Part shown: positions 19,098 through 28,500 of the stretch, piece after piece | Numbering within the stretch: position 1 is the first letter of the stretch | How the letters are laid out: each line of letters starts with the position of its first letter | Assembly (NCBI GenBank): GCA_964392435.1 | Contig: CAYMOY010000001.1 | Location: 77,259 to 141,258, forward strand | Direction: 5' to 3' | Source: Candidatus Micrarchaeota archaeon | Lineage (GTDB): Archaea > Micrarchaeota > Micrarchaeia > Anstonellales > Anstonellaceae | DNA: 64,000 bases | Notes under the pieces: generated by a model | Seen by the model: the letters and a program-made list of their open reading frames with translations, nothing else | Told to the model about the DNA's origin: nothing | Databases searched by the model: none | Translations under genes and position numbers: made by a program

Positions 19098-19313
19098 ACG
19101 TTGGCGAGACAGCCGTGTCGCAGCACCACGGGCGGATGGTGGACGCAAGCTTCTTTGAACAAGCAGGAATTGCCCTGCGCCGCGCTTGCAAATTCGCGTC
19201 CATCAGACGAGTCTCCATTTTTCACCCAGATTTTGGCATAGTTCGCGCACAGCAGCTTGCCATCCCCTTTTATTCCTTTCTAACCAGATTAGCCCACATA
19301 AAGAGGTGTGTGA

Positions 19314-19997
19314 ATGTCAATGGCTATAGCTAAAAACATGCCCGTTCCTGCGCAAGAATCTGCGAAGCTCAACATGCGTGTTCTTCAAAATCCGCAGGTG
19401 AGGCGGTTCAACAGGCAGTTCTTTTCCATCTGCAAGCTTGCCGATTTCGAACGGAAAATCGGGGTTGAATCTGGATTTTGGTCCGCGCAGGGCAATGTCA
19501 GCAACTCGTATAAGGTTGATCACAAGTTCTCTGTGCTTGCCAAATCCTCTGCGAATGCGGCATTCGCAGGGCATGGCGTGGGGGCCGGGCCCAACGAGAA
19601 CTTTGTGAAACAGGAGATTCTCGCCATTTCGTTTGATGGCGCCATGAATATCAGCAAGGAAAGCCTGCGCGCCAATACGCTGCGATACATATTCCAGCAT
19701 GGCGCAAAAAGCGCGGTAAATCTTTACCATGGCGGAGAAGATAAGAAAGCAATATTCCTCATAAGCAATCTGCTCCATTTTTTCAAGTCTGAAAAGGAAA
19801 TTCCAGATTATCTTCGGTCCGAGCTTCTGCCGCTTATCAAATCAACATTGGAAAGCGTAACTTTATTTGGGGGCAGGACGCTTCTTGACTTTCTTCCTGG
19901 TCAAGTGCGAGGCATTATGGATGACTTTTCCGGCGCAGCCGCAGGCTCAACAGTCTGGCGCGTGAAGAAAAGGCACCCGGCATTAAAGAATCTCTGA
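19314..19997 (+). CDS. Hypothetical protein
   Basis: 227-aa ORF preceded by GAGGTG SD; no recognised motif. Confidence 0.6.
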   Translation: MSMAIAKNMPVPAQESAKLNMRVLQNPQVRRFNRQFFSICKLADFERKIGVESGFWSAQGNVSNSYKVDHKFSVLAKSSANAAFAGHGVGAGPNENFVKQEILAISFDGAMNISKESLRANTLRYIFQHGAKSAVNLYHGGEDKKAIFLISNLLHFFKSEKEIPDYLRSELLPLIKSTLESVTLFGGRTLLDFLPGQVRGIMDDFSGAAAGSTVWRVKKRHPALKNL

Positions 19998-20007
19998 GCT
20001 TTCACAG

Positions 20008-21174
20008 CTAAAGCGAAAGCAGGATGGAGGGCACGATTATCAGCCCCATCACATGCGTTCTTCTTATCCCGAGCAAAGGGGGCAGCAGCCCTGCGGCGGC
20101 GCAAGTGGAGAAAAGAAGCAGACCAGCCCCTCCAGATATCACTGCGACCGCAAAGACCAGATAGGAGAGTATGCCGATGTTCAGCGCCCTCAAATCAAGG
20201 TTCTGCAGCAGGCTTGCTCGCTTGGAAAGGGCCATCAGCAAAAACGCGCAGACGCCTATTGAAAGCAGAAGGACTCCGATTACAGAGGGCAGGTCGCCAG
20301 GCAGGACAGGCCTTATCCCATTGAGAATGGCAATAGAGCCTTCCCTTGCCTTGCCTATCGAGAGCAGTGCGGCAAATGCGAATACTGTATGCGAGGCGGC
20401 AATCGAGGAGACCAGCGCCAGAAATTTCCGCGGTTCGCGCATAGACAGCACAACAGACGCAAAAACCGCTATTTGCGCAGGAGCCGCGATGCCTGGCAGC
20501 AAATCCGAGAGCATCCCCAGCAGCACGCCTGCCGCAACATAGGGCAGGAAATCCAGCCTTGTTTTTCCGGCAGCCTGCCTCGGCAGCGCCCGGGTGGCTG
20601 TAAATGAGAGCAATATCCCGCTTCCTGCGAAAAGCCCGCAAAAAGCCGGGAACAGGGGGTCGTTTATCGGCCCTCGAAGCGAAGCAATGCCAATTGCCCC
20701 TGAAAGCAGGAAAACAGATGCGGCCACCGCAATCTTTTTCCACTGCCCCTCAGAAGCGAGCAGGAATGAGGACGCCAGCACAAGCACGATTGCCATGTGC
20801 GGCTGCAATATGGAATATGCTGCGGGCAGGAAGTAAAGGGAGACTGGTATGAGCAGGGCAGAGGCAACCGAGGCAATCATCAACGATGAGGCGCAGACCA
20901 GAAGGGCTTCCCGCCCCCTGCCCTCAAGGGCCATCTGGTGCCCGGGCAGAACCGAAACCACTACGTTCTCATCCGGCACAGAAAGGAAAATTGATGGAAA
21001 GAACTGAAAAACCAAGTGCGCGCCAAGCACGGCCACTATAATGTAAAGGAGCATATCTGGCGCGATGGGGAGGGTGGCGACGATGGAGGCGATGGTGTTG
21101 GCATGGACTCCGGGAAGCAGACCTGAAAATATGCCAAGCAGCATTCCTGCGGCTATTGCAAGCGCCTGCAGCAT
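20008..21174 (-). CDS. DUF112 / TctA-like multi-pass membrane permease
   Basis: GIFSGLLPGVHANTI, VVSVLPGH, about 10-11 hydrophobic helices. Confidence 0.85.
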   Translation of the reverse strand: MLQALAIAAGMLLGIFSGLLPGVHANTIASIVATLPIAPDMLLYIIVAVLGAHLVFQFFPSIFLSVPDENVVVSVLPGHQMALEGRGREALLVCASSLMIASVASALLIPVSLYFLPAAYSILQPHMAIVLVLASSFLLASEGQWKKIAVAASVFLLSGAIGIASLRGPINDPLFPAFCGLFAGSGILLSFTATRALPRQAAGKTRLDFLPYVAAGVLLGMLSDLLPGIAAPAQIAVFASVVLSMREPRKFLALVSSIAASHTVFAFAALLSIGKAREGSIAILNGIRPVLPGDLPSVIGVLLLSIGVCAFLLMALSKRASLLQNLDLRALNIGILSYLVFAVAVISGGAGLLLFSTCAAAGLLPPLLGIRRTHVMGLIIVPSILLSL

Positions 21175-21178
21175 GTCT

Positions 21179-21571
21179 TTACCCGGGGGTTATTTCCTCT
21201 GCCTCGATGTACTTGTTCCACTTGTATTCTTTCACCCTTCCAGTCACAATCACCATCTTTCCCTCGTACAGTAGCGCTGAAGCCGGGAGGTCCTTTCCCC
21301 TCACGCTGATGCATATCCGGGTGCGCTGGGCTTTTTCAGCGCCAGCTCCAGAATTTCCCAAGCCAGCTTCAACTTGCTGGCAGAGAAGGAATTTTTCAGA
21401 TGTGACATTGGCGGCTTCCCCGTCAACCTTGACAAGCGTGTTGCTTTGTGCCACGATGGCTTGCGCCACGCTTGCGCTTTGGGGGCTTTCGGAAAGCAGA
21501 AAAAGAGCCAATGTCCCAACTATCGCAAAAGCAGCCGCAGCGATGGTCACATTCCCCTCTTCAAGCCGCAT
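21179..21571 (-). CDS. Membrane-anchored OB-fold protein
   Basis: N-terminal TM helix, LVKVDGE, GKMVIVTGRVKEYK...IEAEEI; start refined. Confidence 0.7.
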   Translation of the reverse strand: MRLEEGNVTIAAAAFAIVGTLALFLLSESPQSASVAQAIVAQSNTLVKVDGEAANVTSEKFLLCQQVEAGLGNSGAGAEKAQRTRICISVRGKDLPASALLYEGKMVIVTGRVKEYKWNKYIEAEEITPG

Positions 21572-21617
21572 AAGCATGATGTATACACTTAAAAATCGGA
21601 AGATTAAAACGCCTATC

Positions 21618-22880
21618 ATGTCACTGCTGATAAAAGGCGCCACATTGCTTTCCGGGAAAAAGTCAGACGTGCTTGTGGCTGGGGGGAAGATTGCGAAAAT
21701 CGCGCCCTTTATTGCTGCAAGGGCGGATGAAAAGCTGGATGCCTCGGGGAAGCTTTTGCTGCCAGGATTTGTCAACACCCACACGCATGCCGCAATGACC
21801 CTTTTCCGCGGCTCTGCCCAGGACATGTCTTTGGGGAAATGGCTCGCCACTGTGCGCAAAGAAGAGGAAAAAGTGACCCCCTCCCAAATCCGGGCAGGCT
21901 CCTTGCTTGCCTGTTCCGAAATGCTCAGAAGCGGCACCACCAGCTTCAACGACATGTATTTCCATATGGATGAGGTTGCGCACGCTGTGGCGCAGACAGG
22001 CATCCGCGCAACTTTGGGGTACAGCATGGTTGATATGGGGGTTGGCGCCAAGCGCAAGTCCGAGCTTTCAATCTGCGAGAAATTCGTCAAAGACTGGCAT
22101 GGGAAGGCAGGGGGCAGGATAAGATGCGCAATCCCCCCGCATTCCATCTACCTATGCTCAAAAGAGCTTCTGCAAAAGTCAGATGAGCTTTCTAAGAAAT
22201 ATTCCATTCCGCTGCACATCCACCTCTCAGAAACACGCAAGGAGGTTTTTGACTGCCTGCAAGAGCACAAGAAGCGCCCCGCCTATTACCTGGACTCGCT
22301 TGGCGCGCTCTCTTCGCGCATGGTTGCGGCGCACTGCGTCTGGCTCACAAAAGAAGAAGTGCGTCTCCTCGCCTCGCGCGGCGTTTCAGCCTCTCTCAAC
22401 CCGGTTTCCAACATGAAGCTGTCTGGCGGCGGGGCGGCACCCATGCCCGAAATGCAGGAGTTTTCCATGAATATTTCCCTTGGCACGGACGGCTCGGCTT
22501 CCAACAACTCGCTTTCAATGTTCGAGACAATGAAGACTCTCGGCCTGCTGCAGAAAAATTCGCGCTGGGACCCGTCTGTGGCAACGGACAGGGCAATATT
22601 TGAGGCAGCGACAGTTGGAGGCGCGAAGGCTCTTGGCATAGGTGCCGGAAGGATTGCGCAAGGCGCGTTGGCAGACATTATCCTTCTCGACTTGCGCTCT
22701 GCCAACATGGCGCCGGCCCACTCACTTGTGGCAAATGTGGTCTACTCCGCGCATGCAGGAAACGTGACTGACGTAATCGTGGACGGGAAGCTGGTTGTGG
22801 AAAACCGGAAGCTGCTAACTGTTGATGAGGGTAAAATAGCAGACTTTGCCCAAAGGGAAGCGGAAAAGATAGCTGGGTGA
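21618..22880 (+). CDS. mtaD: Amidohydrolase, MTA/SAH deaminase-like
   Basis: PGFVNTHTHAAM, HIHLSET, AAHCVWL, LGTDGSASNN; start refined. Confidence 0.85.
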   Translation: MSLLIKGATLLSGKKSDVLVAGGKIAKIAPFIAARADEKLDASGKLLLPGFVNTHTHAAMTLFRGSAQDMSLGKWLATVRKEEEKVTPSQIRAGSLLACSEMLRSGTTSFNDMYFHMDEVAHAVAQTGIRATLGYSMVDMGVGAKRKSELSICEKFVKDWHGKAGGRIRCAIPPHSIYLCSKELLQKSDELSKKYSIPLHIHLSETRKEVFDCLQEHKKRPAYYLDSLGALSSRMVAAHCVWLTKEEVRLLASRGVSASLNPVSNMKLSGGGAAPMPEMQEFSMNISLGTDGSASNNSLSMFETMKTLGLLQKNSRWDPSVATDRAIFEAATVGGAKALGIGAGRIAQGALADIILLDLRSANMAPAHSLVANVVYSAHAGNVTDVIVDGKLVVENRKLLTVDEGKIADFAQREAEKIAG

Positions 22881-22908
22881 ATGGCTGGTGTTCTCCAGCA
22901 TCAGCGCT

Positions 22909-23877
22909 TTATTTTTTCCCATGCCTTATTATTATCCTCGTGCTGGCATGCGGCACTCCAGCTCCGAATTTCTTTACCACCTCGGTTGCGAGCATGCCGC
23001 CTATTTTTCCGGATGAAACAGGGGAATAGCCCCTGCTAAGCCCGTAAAGAACTCCGGCAGCGTATGCGTCTCCTGCGCCAGTGGTGTCCAGCACCTTTGC
23101 CGAAAGAGCAGGTATTCCTGTTTTCTTTCCCCTGTGGAACAGGGCAGAGCCTTTTCTTCCCATCTTCAGGAAAACAAGCGCCGCTGGCTTGAAGGCAGCC
23201 AGTTTCGCCTCCGCATTCCTTCCGAGAAGCGCAGCTGCTTCCTCCTCGTTCATGAATAGAATATCCGCGTATTTTTTGGCAATCAAGAGAAGCCTGGCGC
23301 GGTTTTTCTCCACCATGGGCGGGCTTTCAAGCGAGATGGCCACGCGCTTATGTTCTTTTTTGGCAAGCTGCAGGTATTTTTCGGCAAGCTTTGCGGTGGC
23401 ACAGGGCACCCCCAGGGTTATGGAGGTCAGAAAAAGCATCCTTGCGCTTCCAAAAGCAAGTTTTTCTAGAAGGGTGCATTCCCCCGACACTCCCAAATCG
23501 GCGCAAAAGGTCCTCTGCCCATCTGGGGTCACAAGCGCCAGTATTTTTCCAGTCTTGCCTTTTTTTTGCTGAAGGAATGCCGCCACCCCGCATTTGGCGA
23601 GATTGGAGGCGAATTCCGCCGCTGCCCTGTCGCGGCCAGTCGCCCCGCAGTATCCGCAAAAGCCGCCAAGGGCCGCAAACCCCTCGCACACATTGCGCGC
23701 GTTGTCTCCGGGGTAGCGATAAGCTATGTTTTTCGACAAGCTGCGCTCCATCTTGGCAAGCTGCAAGGCGCTTACATAGCTGGTCGCTCCTTTCTGAACT
23801 TTCAATTCTGCAAGCTTCTTTTGAGAAACCCGGGCAAACAGGTCGATGGCGGGCGTGCCCAATGCAAAAAGCTCCAT
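22909..23877 (-). CDS. PfkB-family sugar/nucleoside kinase
   Basis: ILFMNEEEA, DTTGAGDAYAAG; start refined. Confidence 0.9.
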   Translation of the reverse strand: MELFALGTPAIDLFARVSQKKLAELKVQKGATSYVSALQLAKMERSLSKNIAYRYPGDNARNVCEGFAALGGFCGYCGATGRDRAAAEFASNLAKCGVAAFLQQKKGKTGKILALVTPDGQRTFCADLGVSGECTLLEKLAFGSARMLFLTSITLGVPCATAKLAEKYLQLAKKEHKRVAISLESPPMVEKNRARLLLIAKKYADILFMNEEEAAALLGRNAEAKLAAFKPAALVFLKMGRKGSALFHRGKKTGIPALSAKVLDTTGAGDAYAAGVLYGLSRGYSPVSSGKIGGMLATEVVKKFGAGVPHASTRIIIRHGKK

Positions 23878-23975
23878 GCAATGGATTGCGGGATATAGCA
23901 TTTTAAACAATCCCGCAGCATTCACAGTCGTGGGGCAGACTGCCCTATAGCTCTTGCTTGGAAGGGGGTTTTCAT

Positions 23976-25490
23976 ATGGTGGAACAAAAGAAGCGTCCTG
24001 CTGCCCGAGACGGCACAATCGACTCTTATGTCTATGACAATGAAGGCATACAGGTGCTTGCAAAAATCACTGCCAAGAGCGGCGATTACGTCCCCTTATA
24101 CGAGGTCAACGTCCGCGAGCTTTCCGAGGGCACGCGTTTGGTCCTAAACCAGCTCAAAGGGGAACTTATCACCACGGTCAAGCTGGACATAACCGATATA
24201 ATGGACCCGAAAAAGCGCGATGATGTGCGCAAGAAATTCGAGGTCCGAGCCAATTTCCTTCTGGGCAAGCATTTTCCCACGCTTTCAGAAGCTGACAAGA
24301 AGGTGCTCACCGCATACCTGCTGCAGAATTCTCTTGGCTTAGGCGAGATAGAATCCTTGATGCATGACAATAATCTTGAGGAGGTGGCCATCAATTCCGC
24401 CTCAGAGCCGATTTGGGTCTACCACAAGAAGCACGGCTGGTGCAAAACCAACATACAGCTCAAAAGCGAGGAATCCATATATGACATATCCGCCATGATA
24501 GGCAGGAGGATAGGCAAGCAGATAAACGTTCTCAATCCGGTCATGGATGCGCACCTTGCAACCGGCGACCGTGTCAACGCCACGCTGTATCCGGTCTCTT
24601 CCTTTGGCAACACAATAACCATCAGAAAATTCTCCCGCAACCCCTGGACAATACCCTATCTTATCGAGCTCAACTGTATCTCTTCGCAGGTTGCCGGCCT
24701 CATTTGGCTTTGCATGCAAAACGAGATGTCGCTTTTGGTCTCAGGAGGCACAGGCTCCGGAAAAACATCGTTCCTCAACGCAATGGCGTGCCTCATTCCG
24801 CCCAACCAGCGCGTGATTTCCATAGAGGACACCCGGGAGCTGACCCTGCCCAACTTCCTGCAATGGGTGCCCATGGTCACCCGCGAGCCGAACGCCGAGG
24901 GCAAGGGCGAGATAACCATGCTTGACCTGCTGGTCAATTCTCTGCGCATGAGGCCCGACCGGATAATATTGGGTGAGGTGCGCAAGCAGCGCGAGGCGGA
25001 AATACTCTTCGAGGCGATGCACACCGGGCATTCGGTTTATGCCACGCTGCACGCTGACAATGCGGCGGAGACAATCACCAGGCTGACCACCCCGCCCATT
25101 TCCATGCCGCGAGAGACACTCTCTGCGCTGGCTGGCATTGTAGTCCAGTTCAGGCACCGCAGGCTCAATGTGCGCCGCACTCTTGAATTTGCAGAGGTGC
25201 AAAAAGGAGGGGACATAAACACCCTTTATCGCTGGGATGTGAAAAGCGACAGGATAAACGAGGTCGGAAAGATGATCACACTGTCCCAAACGCTTTCACT
25301 TTACTCCGGCCTGACCCAAAAGGAAATAGACCAGGATGTTTCTGACAAGGCTAAGATATTTTCCTGGATGGTCAAGCGCGGCTTGAAAAGCGTGGACACC
25401 GTTGGCACCATAGTTTCCCAATACTATGTCAACCCGGATGACATACTTTCCCTGGCTACCAAAAATGCAGAATGGCATGGCCAGGAATGA
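23976..25490 (+). CDS. Type IV pilus assembly ATPase (TadA/VirB11 family)
   Basis: GGTGSGKT, SIEDTREL, LRMRPDRIILGEVR, TGHSVYATLHA. Confidence 0.95.
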   Translation: MVEQKKRPAARDGTIDSYVYDNEGIQVLAKITAKSGDYVPLYEVNVRELSEGTRLVLNQLKGELITTVKLDITDIMDPKKRDDVRKKFEVRANFLLGKHFPTLSEADKKVLTAYLLQNSLGLGEIESLMHDNNLEEVAINSASEPIWVYHKKHGWCKTNIQLKSEESIYDISAMIGRRIGKQINVLNPVMDAHLATGDRVNATLYPVSSFGNTITIRKFSRNPWTIPYLIELNCISSQVAGLIWLCMQNEMSLLVSGGTGSGKTSFLNAMACLIPPNQRVISIEDTRELTLPNFLQWVPMVTREPNAEGKGEITMLDLLVNSLRMRPDRIILGEVRKQREAEILFEAMHTGHSVYATLHADNAAETITRLTTPPISMPRETLSALAGIVVQFRHRRLNVRRTLEFAEVQKGGDINTLYRWDVKSDRINEVGKMITLSQTLSLYSGLTQKEIDQDVSDKAKIFSWMVKRGLKSVDTVGTIVSQYYVNPDDILSLATKNAEWHGQE

Positions 25491-25565
25491 GCCGGGCCTT
25501 AAGATGCGCATTGGCATCAGGGAAGGGCAGGCGTTTGCCTTTGCCCCTCAGCCGGATGCTATCGC

Positions 25566-28500
25566 GTGAAGGAGAATATTCGCATGGCGGCCAATGACAT
25601 TTTCCCCAGTTTCGTCGAATGCAGCCGGCAGGCTCGTGAAATCGAGCGCAAACTGCTGCCAGTCAAGCCTTCGCAGATTTCAGGCAAGCTCCGCCCGGAA
25701 GGCTCCACACAGATATTTCCCCGCGAGTTTGAGGAATACACCGTTGCTTACCTTGTTTCCGAGGCGCAAAAAGTAGAGCGCAAGCTTTTCGCCGCCAATT
25801 ACCAATCGGCTCCAAATGTCTCCGTGGCGCAAGCTTCTTCCAAGGTTGAGCTTGGGCAGAAAGTGGCAGATGAGCTGGGCCAGTTTGCCTCAGGGGCAGC
25901 CCAACAGCCTGGCTATCAAACCACGCCCAAGGTGCCAGGCATTCCCGCCAAAAAAGATGCTATCTGGGGCGGGGCAGGTGCTCAGGCTCAGCCAGAGGGG
26001 CCATCCTCGGGGGATGAAAAAATTTCCCCGCCAGCATTGCCATACCAGCAGGGCATTCCATCCGAGGTCCGCATTGCCAAGGAAGCCGAACTTGAGGCCG
26101 AGGCGAAGATGGCAAACGAGTCCGCCCATCACCCTGCGCAATTTGGGGGATATGGAAGCGGCGAGCCTGGCGATGCTTCGCGCAAGCTGCGCTTACAGGA
26201 CCAGCCCTCCTCGTCCGGTCTGATGTCCTCTTCAAAGCTTTCTCCAAGGCTCAGGGCTATAATCGAGGAGAAGCTGAGGAAAGAGGAACAAGCCGCCCAG
26301 GATGCGCCAGTGGAAATAGAAAAAGCATCTTATGAAAAAGAGGAGCAAGAAGAAAAGAATGAAGAGCCTCCCGTGCTCTCCTCGCGAGAGAGGCTGTTGC
26401 GGAAATTGCAGCGCGAAAGGCAGATTAGGGAGGGCGAGGCTCTGCTTCAAGGGCAGGAAAGGCAGCCTGCAAAAGTGCTTCCAAGAAAACTGCAAGAGCC
26501 TGCCGCTGGAGATGAAGAACTGCCTGAGCAAGAAGAGCAGGGGCAGCAGCCAGAGCAAGAGGGGCGGGAAGACTTGCAAAGGCCCCCTGAGGATGAGGAG
26601 GAGATTCAGGAGCAGGAAAGGCAGCCTGCCAGAGTGCTTCCAAGAAAACTGCAAGAGCCTGCCGCTGGAGATGAAGAACTGCCTGAGCAAGAAGAGCAGG
26701 GGCAGCAGCCAGAGCAAGAGGGGCGGGAAAACCAGCAAGAAGAGCAGGAGGTTTCAGGGCAGGCAGAAGGGGCGGAAGAAGAAACCCCCTCGCAAGTGGA
26801 GCAGCCGCTCGAGGTTGCCTCTGCAAAGGCAAGTGCCCCTGCCAAAAGCTCTATTTTGCAAAAGCAGCCTTTGGCATATGGGCAGGTGGCGCAAAAGGGC
26901 GCGTCCGCGCTCCCACCATCATCCCTAAGTTCTGGCAGAATACTCATAAAGCCCATTTTTGCCGGGCAGGAAAACGAGCAGGATGAAAACCAGGGGGCGC
27001 GGGACGATGGGGCGGAAAAAAGGATGGAGCGCATCTCACGCATAGTGCGGGAGCTGTCCCCGGACAGGTACAAGGCGCAGGCAATAGCGAAAAAACCAGA
27101 CGCCTCATCCGAAAAAGGCGATGCAAAGCCTGGCGAACCAGCTGCGCCTTTGCGGATGGAAAAGCGGCCAACCGCAAAACCGGTCCTGAAGAAAAAAGCC
27201 AAAATTCAAGTGAATGAGCAGCAGCCTTGGGAAGAGGCGCAAGAAGAACAGCAGGAGCCCCCATCAGATGCGGAAGGGCCGCAGGGGCAGGAAAACCCGC
27301 AAGAGGAGGCGCAGGAAGAGTCCGAGGTACGGCAAAGGCTCGGCTGGAACCAGCCTCAAGCGAAAAAAAAGCTGGCGCCAAAAGTTTCTGGGAAAAGACA
27401 GGGCGAATTGGCTAATGCGAAGAGAAAGAATTTGCCTGCTGGGGCGCAACAGCAGAAGAAGGCGGGAAAAGCGCAAAAGTCTTTGCCTGCGGCAAAGGAG
27501 CCTTCTGGGGGGAAAATAAGGTCCCAAGACCAGGGCGGTTTCCCTAAGAAGCAGCAGGTGGCTTTGCAAAAGCAGTCAAAATCGCCCCAAACCGCCCGGG
27601 CAAGGCAAGCGGCATCGCCCTCCAAAGAAGTTTTCCAATCCAAATCCCCTCCAATGCAATCAGCAAAGCGGCAGCTGCCACAGCCCCAAAAATCCGTGGC
27701 ATACGCACAACGCGGCACTCCTGTTCAATATCAGGATGAAAGACGCCCTGCCGCATCTTCGAGCCAACCATTGCCGTCCCGCCAAGTTGCGCCTGCTGCA
27801 AACAAGCCTCCAACCGTTTCTCGACCAAGCGTGGCTGCAAGTGCGCGACCAGTTTCACGGCTCTCGCCATATTCCGCGCCGCCTGCCAGGCCTGCCTCCG
27901 GTCCCTCCCTGGGGCGGCCCATCATGCGCCAGGTCCAAGCTCCAACAGCCTATCGCACTTCTCCCCAGCCAATTCCAAGGGCAGGATCCAGGCCGCGCAT
28001 TCTTCCGGGGGGTGCGCAACAGATGGCGCCACAGACATATCTGCCTCCAAGAAGAACGATAATCCGGCCGCAAGCTTTGGGGCAAGAATCTTTGGCTGTG
28101 GGGCAGCCAGAAGAGGATTCGCAACCTATGCGGGAAACTGGCGGATTGCCAAAAAGGCGCGCAGCATATCCGCAGCCTGGCAGTGGCGAGGCTCTGCTTC
28201 AAGGGCAGGAAAGGCAGCCTGCCAGAGTGCTTCCAAGAAAACTGCAAGAGCCTGCCGCTGGAGATGAAGAACTGCCTGAGCAAGAAGAGCAGGGGCAGCA
28301 GCCAGAGCAAGAGGGGCGGGAAAACCAGCAAGAAGAGCAGGAGGTTTCAGGGCAGGCAGAAGGGGCGGAAGAAGAAACCCCCTCGCAAGTGGAGCAGCCG
28401 CTCGAGGTTGCCTCTGCAAAGGCAAGGCTCAGCGCCATATCGCAGGTTTCGGGTCTCAAGCCCAGGAAAAACGTGCTTGACGAGCCGGTGCAAAAGACGC

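Noticed and set aside
19052-19333. ORF-track 93-aa ORF as SRP19, or the region as SRP RNA
   Set aside because: No SRP19 motifs and no SRP helix-8 signature (CAGG...GGAA...AGCA) on either strand
26433-28426. CRISPR array or DGR template/variable repeat
   Set aside because: The repeats are long, in-frame and lack spacers; differences are not adenine-specific; no cas or reverse transcriptase gene is present
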